Assembly: GCA_963422645.2 (NCBI GenBank)
Contig: CAXXVO010000009.1
Coordinates: 64,001-128,000, forward strand
Origin: Alphaproteobacteria bacterium
GTDB taxonomy: Bacteria; Pseudomonadota; Alphaproteobacteria; UBA828
Direction of reading: 5' to 3'
Length of the DNA stretch: 64,000 bases
Part shown: positions 38,775 to 48,668 of the stretch, one piece after another
Position numbering within the stretch: the stretch's first letter is position 1
Layout of the letters: every line of letters begins with the position of its first letter
Notes under the pieces: model-generated
Told to the model about the DNA's origin: nothing
The model's input: the letters and a program-made list of their open reading frames with translations, nothing else
Databases searched by the model: none
Translations under genes and position numbers: made by a program

Positions 38775-39644
38775 CTACCCGCCCCGCGTCAGGATCTTGC
38801 CGAGGAACGAGCGCACGTCGAAGCCGAGATACCAGGCGACGAGCAGCGCGGTCATGACCGCCACCACCACGCTCGACATCGCCGCCGCCAGTGGATAGTG
38901 CAGCACCTCCATGGCGCTCGCGATGGTGTTGCCCATCAGCTCGTATCCGGCACCGCCCAGGATGAGCGAGACCGCGCTCTCCCCGAACACGCCGACGAAA
39001 CCGAAGATCGCCGCCGCGAAGACGCCGGGCAGCGAGAGCGGCAGAGTCACGCGCAAGAAGGTGAGGAAGGGGTTCGCCCCCAGCATCCAGCTGGCCTCGA
39101 TCTGGCGCCTGTCGATGCCCGCGAGCGAAAGCCAGAGCGGGAAGACCATGAAGGGCATGTAGGCGGCGACCAGCCCGACATAGACCGAGAAGTCGCTGAA
39201 GAGCAGCCAGTCGATCGGGCCGTCGCTCAAGCCCAGCCCGATGATCGCGTCGTTGATCGGCCCGTTGCGGCCGAGCAGGTATGACCACGCGAAATTGCGA
39301 ATGACGTAGTTGACGAGGAAGGGAATGGTGATCAGCAGAAGGATCACACGCACCACATGGCGCGAGGCGAGGAAGGCGAGGAAGTAGGCGATCGGATAGG
39401 CGATGGCGAGGCCGATCGCGGTCGCCACCGGCGCCACCACCAGGCTCCGCTCGAGCACGATGGTGCGGACACCCTCGAAGAAATCGAGGTAGTTGACGGG
39501 TGTGAGGGCGGGCTCCACCGTGAAGCCCACCCTCTGCCAGAAACTGACCGCGACCGTGATCGCCAGCGGGCCGATCACGAACACCAGGACGAACGCGACT
39601 GGCAGGATCAGCAGCGCAAGACGCGGGAGGGCCCTGAGAGGCAC
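38775..39644 (-). CDS. ABC permease (PotB-like)
   Basis: AYPIAY, PFMVFP, IEASWMLGA, RVTLPLSLPG. Confidence 0.88.
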   Translation of the reverse strand: MPLRALPRLALLILPVAFVLVFVIGPLAITVAVSFWQRVGFTVEPALTPVNYLDFFEGVRTIVLERSLVVAPVATAIGLAIAYPIAYFLAFLASRHVVRVILLLITIPFLVNYVIRNFAWSYLLGRNGPINDAIIGLGLSDGPIDWLLFSDFSVYVGLVAAYMPFMVFPLWLSLAGIDRRQIEASWMLGANPFLTFLRVTLPLSLPGVFAAAIFGFVGVFGESAVSLILGGAGYELMGNTIASAMEVLHYPLAAAMSSVVVAVMTALLVAWYLGFDVRSFLGKILTRGG

Positions 39645-39751
39645 GAGTCTATCGGCTCCCGGGCCGGCTGCCGTTGGGCGACATCACGTCAACGCCGGGA
39701 CCCCGGGCGCCGCCTTTGGCACCCGGGGGAGCCGGAACCTGTCCGCCTGTG

Positions 39752-40942
39752 CTAGGCCGCCTTGAAGCGCGCCCAGGCCGCCTCGTGCTCGATGTAGGAG
39801 GCGGGCCAGCGGTTGTGCCAGATGCCGCCGAAATCGAGCTTGCGCTTCACGTTGGCATCGTTGGCGACGGCCGCCTCGGCCTCGCCTGTCGCGAAGGCGT
39901 CCGGATTGGCAGCGGCGAAGCCCGGCGCCTGCGAGTTGGTCATGTAGCCCCGCATGGCGCTGATCTTCGCCCCGTACCAGGGCCCCAGCATGAAGTCGAA
40001 GAGGTCGTAGACGGCCTGCGTGTGCTCTTCGGAGCGCGCGGGGTTGTTGGTGAGGTAGCCCGACATCGCCCACAGCAGGTAACCTTCCTTGGGCGTCGCG
40101 TAGATGCTGTTCGCGCCCTGCTTGTTGGCGACGATCACCATCGGCTCCCAACCGTCGAGCACGACGACTTCTTTGTTCAGCAACAGGTTGACCGCCTGCT
40201 CGAAGCTCGTCCACAGGACCCGGAACTGGCCCTCTTTCTTCTTCTCGATGAGATAATCGACGACCGTGTTGATCTCGTCCTTGGTCATGTCCACGGGGTT
40301 GCCGATGTCCGCGATCCCGGCGGCCTTCATGTGGATCGCCGTCTTGTAGCCGGCGGTGGTGTAGTTGTCCTCCAGCGCCACGTAGCCCTTGTACTGCGGA
40401 TCGAAGAGGGCGCCGAAGGAGTCGACCGAGCCCACGCCGCCGGTCTCGTCCGGCAGGTAGCAGATCGACTCGCCTTGCAGGATGGTCGGGATCCCGTAGA
40501 CCTGCCCCTCGTGGGCGATGTGCGGCCAGCCGGGTGCGCCGTCCACGAAGTACTGCGAGATGTACTCGTTCGCGCCCCAGTTCGGCATCCGGCTGGCATC
40601 CACCGGCAGGATAAGCCCGAGCTGCGCGAGCGGCTCCTGCACGCCGCCCACGATGTGAAGCGCGTCGTAGGCCGACGTGCCGCCGCCGCCGAGCAGGACG
40701 TTGATGATCGTGGCGGGCGCGTTGCCCACCGCCACCAGGTTGACGTCCCAGTCGGTCTTGTTCGTATAGCGCGACCAGTCGCCGGCCGGATCGCCGACTC
40801 CGATATCGGCGAGAGTCACCGAGCCCGAGGCCGCGAGCGCCTTTGACCACGGCGAGCCGGCCAGCGAGAGGCCGATCGCGCCGAGGCCGCCAAAGCCGCC
40901 TGCCTTCAGAAGAGACCGCCGTGTCAGGTCAAGCTTGCCCAT
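39752..40942 (-). CDS. Periplasmic solute-binding protein (PotD-like) with Tat signal
   Basis: LTRRSLLK twin-arginine motif; SFGALFDPQYKG, PKEGYLLW. Confidence 0.82.
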   Translation of the reverse strand: MGKLDLTRRSLLKAGGFGGLGAIGLSLAGSPWSKALAASGSVTLADIGVGDPAGDWSRYTNKTDWDVNLVAVGNAPATIINVLLGGGGTSAYDALHIVGGVQEPLAQLGLILPVDASRMPNWGANEYISQYFVDGAPGWPHIAHEGQVYGIPTILQGESICYLPDETGGVGSVDSFGALFDPQYKGYVALEDNYTTAGYKTAIHMKAAGIADIGNPVDMTKDEINTVVDYLIEKKKEGQFRVLWTSFEQAVNLLLNKEVVVLDGWEPMVIVANKQGANSIYATPKEGYLLWAMSGYLTNNPARSEEHTQAVYDLFDFMLGPWYGAKISAMRGYMTNSQAPGFAAANPDAFATGEAEAAVANDANVKRKLDFGGIWHNRWPASYIEHEAAWARFKAA

Positions 40943-41550
40943 GACTTACCTCCCTTGTTCGACGCATGCGCGGAGGCGCCACCGGGCGCCCCGGCATCAT
41001 TGCGGTCGTCATGATAAGCCTTCGGCCAAGGCGAGTCGATTGACCGGGGTATCGTCCGGCATGTGGGTTGCGCGCCGATCGGCGCGATAAGCCTTTGAAG
41101 TGCCTTGATACTGCGAGGTCAAAGTCGCATGCCGAACAACAATATAAGCGGCATGAACCCGACTTACCGGTCCCGACGACCCGACTTGGGGTGTGTACAG
41201 CCCCCCGAGCGCTTCTGACAGCCGACCGCTCGGCGCGAATGATGTCGTGGCGCGTGACCTTCGCCACATGTCGCGAAGCGGGCGACGGCCGGACATGGCG
41301 GTGAGCCTGCTTCCGGTAATCCTTCACGGTGCGCTCGCGCACGCGGCCCGCTGCGATCCGCGAGGGCGCCCACCAGAATCCCCGCCAAAACAGGACGTTG
41401 GCGGGGATCGTTCGTTTTGGGAAGGGATCGACACAACTCTCGGATGCTGTGCAGGAGCCCTTTCGCGCCCGCATTAGGCGGCACGCTCAACTTGACGTGG
41501 TCGTTCCGTTTCCCGCAACCTCAGGGGTGGTGCAGACAGGAGCAGCGCCA

Positions 41551-42612
41551 ATGGACGCGGTAGGCGAATTTCTCGATTCGACCGATCTGATCGGCGATGG
41601 ACCGGCCCTGGCCGGGCGGCTCCGGCGCGACGGCTATCTCTTCCTGCGCGGGCTGGTGCCGCGCGATGCCGTGCTGGCCGTCCGACGGCGTCTGCTGGAG
41701 AAGGCGGCGGCGGGAGGCTGGCTCGACCCTGCACATCCGGTGGAGGAGGGCATCGCCAACACCGCTGCGTCCTGCAAGGATCCCGAGGATCGCTACATGC
41801 AGGTGTTTCGGAACCTGTGGGTCGACGAAGCACTGCATCGCCTCAGAACCCATCCGATTGTGCTGACGCTGTTCGAGAGCATCTTCGGCGAGCCGGCGCT
41901 CGCGCATCCGCTGTTCGTCCAACGCAACATCTTCCCGCAAAGCGAGAGCTTCGACTTCACCACCGGCGCGCATCAGGACAAGGTCCACATTGGCGGCGCA
42001 ACCAATCACGCGATGTGGGTTCCCTTGGGCGATTGCCCGAGAGAGAAAGGGACGTTGGTGGTGGCGGCGGGTTCACACCTGGCGGGCGTGCTGGACACGA
42101 AGGTCGGCAACGGCGCCGGCGGTATGGACATCTGCGTGCCGATCCCCGGCCAATGGGTGAGCGGCTCCTTCGCGGCAGGCGATGTGCTGATCTTTTCGGA
42201 TACCACCGTGCATCGCGCGCTGCCCAACCGCACGAACCAATTGCGGCAGTCCTTCGATGCCCGCTACCAGCCGGCAAGCCAGCCTATCGCCGAGACCAAC
42301 ATGAACCCCTATTCCGGTTGCGGCACATGGGAAGAGGTCTATGCAGGCTGGTCCTCCGACGACCAGACGTACTACTGGAAGGCGCTCTCCCCCCATGTCG
42401 TGCCGCTCGACCGAAGCTATTACGAACGCCGCGATCGGATGGCCTTCGAGATGGCGGAGAGCGGCGACGTGACGGCGCGCGACGCGCTGCTGCGCATCGT
42501 TCAGCGCGACCCCAACGAGGAGAAGCGTCAGCGCGCGGAGCAATTGCTGCGCCACCTGGCCGCCGGAGCGGCGCAACCGGACGGCAGCGGGTCCCTCGCC
42601 GCATCGACCTGA
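41551..42612 (+). CDS. Phytanoyl-CoA dioxygenase (PhyH) family Fe/2OG oxygenase
   Basis: DGYLFLRGL, AHQD (HxD), WVPLGD, GSH, GDVLIF...VHRA.PN...R.S.D.RY. Confidence 0.88.
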   Translation: MDAVGEFLDSTDLIGDGPALAGRLRRDGYLFLRGLVPRDAVLAVRRRLLEKAAAGGWLDPAHPVEEGIANTAASCKDPEDRYMQVFRNLWVDEALHRLRTHPIVLTLFESIFGEPALAHPLFVQRNIFPQSESFDFTTGAHQDKVHIGGATNHAMWVPLGDCPREKGTLVVAAGSHLAGVLDTKVGNGAGGMDICVPIPGQWVSGSFAAGDVLIFSDTTVHRALPNRTNQLRQSFDARYQPASQPIAETNMNPYSGCGTWEEVYAGWSSDDQTYYWKALSPHVVPLDRSYYERRDRMAFEMAESGDVTARDALLRIVQRDPNEEKRQRAEQLLRHLAAGAAQPDGSGSLAAST

Positions 42613-42776
42613 AGGGTCGACGTCCCGGCCGCCGCGGCATTGCTGAAAGGGCGCAGCCCCTTGCTCGGGCGCATGATCGGCGGGCCTGTCCCGCGTTTCC
42701 CACGCTCGTCTTCGCTTCCCCGGCAGCGCCGACTACAATCGATCGACCGAGGCAAGAAGATCGGGAGATCCGGGCG

Positions 42777-43787
42777 ATGGAAATGGTCATGCGCAGCTAC
42801 TCGAACGACTGGGTCGCCGATTCCATCATGCACCGCAAGGGCGTTGGCGGCGGCTCGTCGGGGGTCACGCACGAGCTGACCGAGGAGAAGCAGGGCACCT
42901 ATCTCTACACCATCGGCCCCTACGCCGACCCGGTGCTCTCCATCGAGCCGGGCGACCGGGTGATCGTCGAGACCCGCGATGCCTTCGAGGGCAAGATCAC
43001 GAGCGAGAGCGACGTGCCCTCGGAGCTGCTGGAGGTGCCCTTCCTCAACCCGCAATGCGGCCCGATCTTCATGGCCGGCGCCTCGAAGGGCGACGTGCTC
43101 GCCGTGCACATCGAGAGCATGGCACCGCGCGGCCCCCAGCCCCGCGGCACCTGCTGCATGATCAAGGAGTTCGGCGGCCTCACCGGCACCTACTACACGG
43201 CCACGCTCAACGAGCCGCTGCCCGAGAAGGTGCGCAAGGTGGTGGTCGATGAGGAGAACGTCTACTGGAGCGACCGGGTCACGCTCCCCTACAAGCCGCA
43301 CATCGGCACGCTCAGCTGCTCGCCCCAGATCGATTCCATCAACTCGCTCACGCCTGACGATCACGGCGGCAACATGGATCTGCCGGACATGGGGCCCGGC
43401 ACGATTACCTATCTGCCGGTGCGCGCGCCCGGCGCGCTGCTCTACATCGGCGATGCCCACGCCTGCCAGGGCGACGGCGAGGTCTGCGGCGTGGCCGTGG
43501 AGTACCCCACGACCACCACGATCACCGTCGACCTGATCAAGGACTGGACCATCGATTGGCCACGCCTGGAAGCCGACGACTTCATCATGACGATCGGCAG
43601 CGCCCGGCCGCTGGAGGATGCGACCCGGATTGCCTATCGCGAGCTGGTGCGCTGGATGGTCAAGGACTACGGCTACGACCAGTGGGACGCCTACACGATG
43701 CTGAGCCAATGCGGCAAGGTGAGGCTCGGCAACTTCGTCGACCCCAAGTACACCATGGGCGCGGCGATCTCGAAGACTTACCTGTAG
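42777..43787 (+). CDS. Acetamidase/formamidase family protein
   Basis: VETRDAF, NPQCGPI, HGGNMD, GDAHACQGDGEVCG..VE, GSARPLEDA. Confidence 0.9.
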   Translation: MEMVMRSYSNDWVADSIMHRKGVGGGSSGVTHELTEEKQGTYLYTIGPYADPVLSIEPGDRVIVETRDAFEGKITSESDVPSELLEVPFLNPQCGPIFMAGASKGDVLAVHIESMAPRGPQPRGTCCMIKEFGGLTGTYYTATLNEPLPEKVRKVVVDEENVYWSDRVTLPYKPHIGTLSCSPQIDSINSLTPDDHGGNMDLPDMGPGTITYLPVRAPGALLYIGDAHACQGDGEVCGVAVEYPTTTTITVDLIKDWTIDWPRLEADDFIMTIGSARPLEDATRIAYRELVRWMVKDYGYDQWDAYTMLSQCGKVRLGNFVDPKYTMGAAISKTYL

Positions 43788-43801
43788 TTCGCAGGTTGCG
43801 A

Positions 43802-43946
43802 GCTTGAGCGTTTCCGTGTGAAACGGAACCGCTCAAGCATTTTGTCGCTCACGGCAGCCGGCCTACAGCCGGCGCCTCCGCGAGGGCGCCGCAGGAGCGG
43901 CGGGCCGCGGTCGCGGCCTGTCGCGCGTCCGTCAAAGACGGACGCC
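43802..43946. repeat. Cluster of inverted repeats (MITE/REP-like) in a convergent spacer
   Basis: GCTTGAGCG-TTTCCGT-gtgaa-ACGGAAC-CGCTCAAGC (43802-43838), then GCCGGC-ctaca-GCCGGC, GGCCGCG-gt-CGCGGCC and GCGTCCGTC-aaa-GACGGACGC. Confidence 0.5.
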
Positions 43947-43948
43947 CT

Positions 43949-45196
43949 CTAAGACGGCCGTTCATCCATGGACTCGATGTCGAACCCGGCGACCCGCTTG
44001 TACCTGCGGGAAACGTCCTCCATCTCCTCCAGCGAAACGTAGTCGCTGATGTTTTCGCAGTTCGGCGGGCAGCGCTCATCGACCAGGCGCAACACGTGCT
44101 CCGCCGCGAATTCGCGGTTCAGGCAGACGATCTCTGCCGTCGGCTCAAGGCGCTCCGCCTCATAGGCACGCAAGGCCTCCGGGACCTTCGGCTGCGTCCC
44201 AAGGGCGCGCGTCAGCGCACGCGCATCCAGAATCGCCTGAGCGGCGCCGTTGGAGCCGCTCGGATACATGGGGTGCGCCGCGTCGCCCAGCAACGTTACG
44301 CGGCCGAAGCTCCAACGCGGGACGGGGTCGCGATCGGCCATCGGAAACTCGAACACCCGCTCGCTCTCGCGGAAGAGCTGCGGCACGTCCAGCCAGTCGA
44401 AGCGCCAGTCGCGAAAGGCCGGAACGAAGTCGTCCTTCTTGCCTGCCCGGTGCCAGTCGTCCCAGTGCCATTCGGTCTTGCTCTCGTCGCGGATCTCGGC
44501 CACCCAGTTGATCAGCGACCTGCCGCGCGCGGCGGCCTCGCGGGAGATCGGGTAGACCACCGCCCTGATGTGCCAGTTGCCCGCGACGATCATCGTCCGT
44601 CCGTCGAGGAAGGGTTTCTGTTCGGTGACGCCGCGCCACATCGTGATCCCCGAGAAACGCGGCGGCCCCTCCTCGGGATAGAGCACGCCGCGGGTTCTCG
44701 AGTGGATGCCGTCCGCGCCGATCAACGCGTCGCCGCGCTCGCTGGCAACCGGAGTGCCGGTGGCGGGATCGACGAAGTGCGCCGTCACGCCATCGTCGTC
44801 CTGCTCGACGTGTGCGAGGCGATGGCCGGTCCGAATGGCAGATGCGCCCAGGCGCGCCTGCACTGCGCGCGCGAGACTCATCAGCAGGCGGCCGCGGTGG
44901 ATCGAGTACTGCGGCCAGCGGTAGCCGGCACCCAGGCCGCGCGGCTCGCGCCAGATCGGCCGACCATACGCGGTGTAGTAAGCGAGTTCCCGGGTCTCGA
45001 TTGCCGTTGACGCGAGCGCGGGCTGCACGCCCAGCGCGCTCAACTCGCGCACGGCGTGCGGCAGGAGATTGATGCCGACGCCGAGCTCCCTCAGCTCGGG
45101 GGTGGACTCGAAGACGACGGCATCGATGCCGGCCTCATGCAGGCTCAGCGCCGCCGTCAGCCCGCCGATGCCGCCGCCAGCGATGAGAACGCGCAT
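43949..45196 (-). CDS. Flavin-dependent monooxygenase (group A, salicylate-hydroxylase-like)
   Basis: MRVLIAGGGIGG, LGVGIN, IGADGIHS, LLGDAAHPMYP. Confidence 0.9.
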   Translation of the reverse strand: MRVLIAGGGIGGLTAALSLHEAGIDAVVFESTPELRELGVGINLLPHAVRELSALGVQPALASTAIETRELAYYTAYGRPIWREPRGLGAGYRWPQYSIHRGRLLMSLARAVQARLGASAIRTGHRLAHVEQDDDGVTAHFVDPATGTPVASERGDALIGADGIHSRTRGVLYPEEGPPRFSGITMWRGVTEQKPFLDGRTMIVAGNWHIRAVVYPISREAAARGRSLINWVAEIRDESKTEWHWDDWHRAGKKDDFVPAFRDWRFDWLDVPQLFRESERVFEFPMADRDPVPRWSFGRVTLLGDAAHPMYPSGSNGAAQAILDARALTRALGTQPKVPEALRAYEAERLEPTAEIVCLNREFAAEHVLRLVDERCPPNCENISDYVSLEEMEDVSRRYKRVAGFDIESMDERPS

Positions 45197-45231
45197 CGCC
45201 TGCGTTCTCTCCGCGCCCCGCCGCTGCCGCC

Positions 45232-46083
45232 TTACTCCACCCGCACCTGGTCGCCCCTCTTCACCGTGCCGCCCTGGACGACGAAGCCGTAGACGCCCGC
45301 GCAGGGAAGAGACTCGCCGTCGAGCACGGGGACCGGGAGCGTGTTGTGCTCGACGATCGTGCGAAGGAGCTGCGGATCCTTCTCCAGGTCCTCCTGCGCA
45401 AGGGTCGGGACGGAACAGCGCGGCGTCGGGTCGGAGATGCGGAGCCGCACCTCGTCGCCGATGGCGATCTCGCGCCCGACCCAGTCGTTCTCGACGAAAC
45501 CCCTTTGGCCCTCGGGCGTTGCGATCGTCACGTTGGGGCGAAAGCGGCGCGCGCTGAACTTCGATTCGGGGCGGAGCTCGGCGAGGCGCGCCATCGTCGC
45601 CGTTGTTATGAGATGCAGTGCCGCGTAGTCGGAGAACCGGCCCGCCATCATCAGCTCGCCGATGTCGACAATGGTCTCGTCGGCGGCGAGCGGGTCGAGG
45701 CGTTCGAGGCTGGGTGCCTCCGGGCGCTCCGTTGTGAGTGTGACCGGCCGCCCCAGCGTGCCGGAAAGGCGGGCATCGGGGTCGCCGCCCTCGCCCGAGA
45801 CCGCCGTGCCATCGGGCCAGACGATGCGCACCGGCGGCAGCGGCGCGCCAGGCTGCGGCGGCGAGACGAAATCGGCGGCGAGGGCCATCAACCCGGCCCA
45901 CTTCCTGGGCGTCTTGGCGCTCCCCACCCGGCCGCTCTCCCGGTCGATCACGGCATAGCCGCGGTCGCCCAGGATGCCGCCTTCGGCGACCAGCGCCTCG
46001 TCGATCTTGGTGCCGGCCATGGACTTGACTGGATAGCGCCAGAGCGCCTTGACGGTGCCGCCACTCGTGCCTTGCGAAGCCAT
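45232..46083 (-). CDS. MOSC domain protein
   Basis: LWRYPVKSM, GDR, RFRPN, PRC (Moco Cys), GVYG.V..GG....GD. Confidence 0.88.
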   Translation of the reverse strand: MASQGTSGGTVKALWRYPVKSMAGTKIDEALVAEGGILGDRGYAVIDRESGRVGSAKTPRKWAGLMALAADFVSPPQPGAPLPPVRIVWPDGTAVSGEGGDPDARLSGTLGRPVTLTTERPEAPSLERLDPLAADETIVDIGELMMAGRFSDYAALHLITTATMARLAELRPESKFSARRFRPNVTIATPEGQRGFVENDWVGREIAIGDEVRLRISDPTPRCSVPTLAQEDLEKDPQLLRTIVEHNTLPVPVLDGESLPCAGVYGFVVQGGTVKRGDQVRVE

Positions 46084-46132
46084 GATCGCCTTTCTCCATG
46101 CTGCCAGTGAGTCGTCGTTCGGAAGTGCCCCA

Positions 46133-46609
46133 TCAAGGGTCGTAGAGATCGCGGCTCCGGTGCCAGTCCTGGATGGACTGGTCCGGGTACTCCGCAAAGT
46201 GCGGGTCCCGCTTGCCGGACGGGATCCTGACCCAGCCCGGCGCATAGTCGACCATGATGTGGCAGCGCTCGGGCGCGGTCGGCAGGGCAGAGTCGATGGC
46301 CGACGCGAAGGGGTGGATCAGCTCGGGCCAGCGCGGGTCCCAGACCCAGAGCGCACTGCCGCAACGGTTGCAGAAGCGCCGCTCGGCCGGGCTCTCGCTG
46401 CCGTCCTCGAGCCGCGCCCGATAGACCTTGATGAAGCGCTTGCCCGTGACGTTCAGGGTCTCCGCATCGCCGCCGAGATTGATGGCATAGCCGCCACCAC
46501 CGGCGGTCTTTCGGCAGATCGAGCAATGGCAATACATGTAAGGAAGCGGCGTCCTCGACTGGAGCGAAAAGCGAACCGCGCGGCAGTGGCACGAGCCTTC
46601 CATCAGCAT
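46133..46609 (-). CDS. GFA family (glutathione-dependent formaldehyde-activating-like) Zn protein
   Basis: GSCHC, CHCSICRK, RRFC.RCGS. Confidence 0.88.
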   Translation of the reverse strand: MLMEGSCHCRAVRFSLQSRTPLPYMYCHCSICRKTAGGGGYAINLGGDAETLNVTGKRFIKVYRARLEDGSESPAERRFCNRCGSALWVWDPRWPELIHPFASAIDSALPTAPERCHIMVDYAPGWVRIPSGKRDPHFAEYPDQSIQDWHRSRDLYDP

Positions 46610-46642
46610 GTGTTTCTCCCCCTGTTTGCGCTCTCGCGGGCG

Positions 46643-47281
46643 CTACACCGCCCTGGAGAAGTCTCCGGTGGCAGGGTTCAAGGCCCAGAGCTCGCCGTGG
46701 GCAATGTCGAACCAGGCGCCGTGCAGGCTGAGCCGGCCGCGATCTTCGAGGATGGAAACGCACGGGAAGGTCCGCAGGTTCGCGATCGAATGGCGTATGG
46801 AGGCCCGTTCGAGAGCGGTCTGCCGCTCGGCATCCGACAACGGGCCGCCGATCTCGATCTCGCTGGTGGCAGGCCCAAGCAGCTTCATCCACTCGCCGAT
46901 GAAGTCGCCGGGAGAGAGTGGCTCCGCTGCAGGATGCAGGACCGCACGGATGCCGCCGCAGCGCCCGTGGCCGAGCACGACGATATGTCGGACCCTCAGA
47001 CTTTGGACGGCAAACTCCAGCGCGGCCGAGGTGCCGTGATGGGCGCCGGTCGGCTCATAGGGCGGCACCAGGTTGGCGACATTGCGGACGACGAAAATCT
47101 CCCCCGGCGAAGCGTCGAAGATGGTCTCCGGCGCCGCCCGGGAATCGCAGCACGCGATGACCATGACCTCGGGTTTCTGCCCGTCCTCGGCGAGCGCGCG
47201 GTAGCGGGCATGCTCCCGGGCATAGCGGTCGTCCTTGAACGAACGGTAGCCATCGAGAAGCGCTCTGGGGAACTCGGTCAT
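46643..47281 (-). CDS. Beta-class carbonic anhydrase
   Basis: ACCDSR, FVVRNVAN, LGHGRCGG. Confidence 0.92.
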   Translation of the reverse strand: MTEFPRALLDGYRSFKDDRYAREHARYRALAEDGQKPEVMVIACCDSRAAPETIFDASPGEIFVVRNVANLVPPYEPTGAHHGTSAALEFAVQSLRVRHIVVLGHGRCGGIRAVLHPAAEPLSPGDFIGEWMKLLGPATSEIEIGGPLSDAERQTALERASIRHSIANLRTFPCVSILEDRGRLSLHGAWFDIAHGELWALNPATGDFSRAV

Positions 47282-47397
47282 CGCGGGATCCGGCCATATT
47301 CATCGACGCGGCGGGCGCCACGTGGTGGGGCATATACGCGATCTTCGCCGAGAGTTCGACCGGATCGCTGCGCGGGACGCGCCCGCGCGCCATCGCA

Positions 47398-47958
47398 TCA
47401 AGGCGTTCGGCGGGAGCGCGGGACCAGCATGCGGATCAGCGTCGAGCCCTTGTCGATGAAGGTGTGCTTGAGGGCCGCGCCGGCGTGAAGCCCGACGAGC
47501 GCGATGCCGCCATAGGCCAGGTAGTAGTGGAGATCGATGGCGAGGTCGCGGGTGCCTGCCGTGACATCGAAGAACGCGGGCAACTCGAAGAGCCCGAACA
47601 TGTCGATGCCCGCACCCTCCGAGGTTGAGATCAGGTAGCCGGTGACCGGCAGCACGACCAGGAGCGCGCCCAGGATCCAATGCATGGCGGTGGCGCCGGC
47701 GCGCTCGTAAGCCCTCACCTCGGGCCCGAAGTCGGGCTTCCGGTCGGCGAGCTTCCAGCCGATCTTGGCCAGCGCCAGCGCCAGCACCACGATTCCGATG
47801 GCCTTATGGAGCGCGAGGGAAGCGTTGTACCAGGGATCGTAATAGGTGAGCCCCACCATCCAGGCGCCGAGCCCGACGAGGCCGATGAAGGCGACGGCGA
47901 TGGTCCAGTGAAAGCCGATGGCGACGAGCCCGTAGTGGTCCTTGCCGCTGCTCCACAT
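47398..47958 (-). CDS. Cytochrome b561 (YceJ-like)
   Basis: Four TM helices with heme His: FHW, LHKAIG, LHYY, LHAGAALKH. Confidence 0.88.
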   Translation of the reverse strand: MWSSGKDHYGLVAIGFHWTIAVAFIGLVGLGAWMVGLTYYDPWYNASLALHKAIGIVVLALALAKIGWKLADRKPDFGPEVRAYERAGATAMHWILGALLVVLPVTGYLISTSEGAGIDMFGLFELPAFFDVTAGTRDLAIDLHYYLAYGGIALVGLHAGAALKHTFIDKGSTLIRMLVPRSRRTP

Positions 47959-47994
47959 GGTTGCTACCGCCAGGAGACGTAACGCCCGCAGGCG

Positions 47995-48569
47995 CTAGTT
48001 ACGAATGCCCTCGATGAAGAGGAAGAGCTCCATGGATTCGGCAGCCGGGCCCAGGTTGTAGCCCATGCCGTAATCCTTGCGGGCGAGCGTCACCGAGCCC
48101 TCGAAACCGGCGCGGTAGCCGCCCCAGGGTCCTTCCCTTCGCCCACCCTCTTGACGGCGATGGCGATCGGCTTGGTGACTCCGTGGAGCGTCAGGTCGCC
48201 GGTCATCACGCCGCCCTCGGCATCGCCCTCGTAGCCGGCACTGACGAAGGTCACCGTGGGGAACTCGTCGACGCTCAGGAAGTCCGACGAGCGCAGGTGC
48301 TTGTCGCGTTCCGCGTGGTTCGTATCGACGCTGGCGGGGTCGATCTCGACCGTGATGGACTGAGCCTCCGGCCCCGCCTCCGGATCGTACGTGAAGCTGC
48401 CCGACACCGTCTCGAAGGTGCCTATCATCCAGGAAAGGCCGACGTGGGAGATCTTGAACTGAACGAAGCTGTGGGCCGAATCGATCGAGTAGTCTGCGGC
48501 CTCGGCTGCCGGTGCCGTGAATGCCAGGACGGTCGCGGCCAGGGCGGCTCCGAGGGTGCGTTTAATCAT
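47995..48569 (-). pseudogene. yceI: YceI-family lipid/polyisoprenoid-binding protein with a 1-nt frameshift
   Basis: Signal peptide, AHSFVQFKISH, RDKHLRS.DF, LHGVTK; GAC-CC-TGG near 48127-48129 lacks one base of DPWG; the shifted frame gives WGGYRAGFEG...YNLGPA...IEGIRN*. Confidence 0.75.
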
Positions 48570-48668
48570 GGCTCGAAGTCCTTTCGGCTGATTGTTCGCG
48601 TTACCAGGTGGCCGCACCGCGGAAATCCGGTCGCCCGTCTCTCACCAATACGACTGGGGAGGCGTCGT

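Noticed and set aside
41817-43787. 656-aa ORF suggesting a long formamidase
   Set aside because: The upstream part is an Arg-rich shadow frame of the PhyH gene; the start is about 42777
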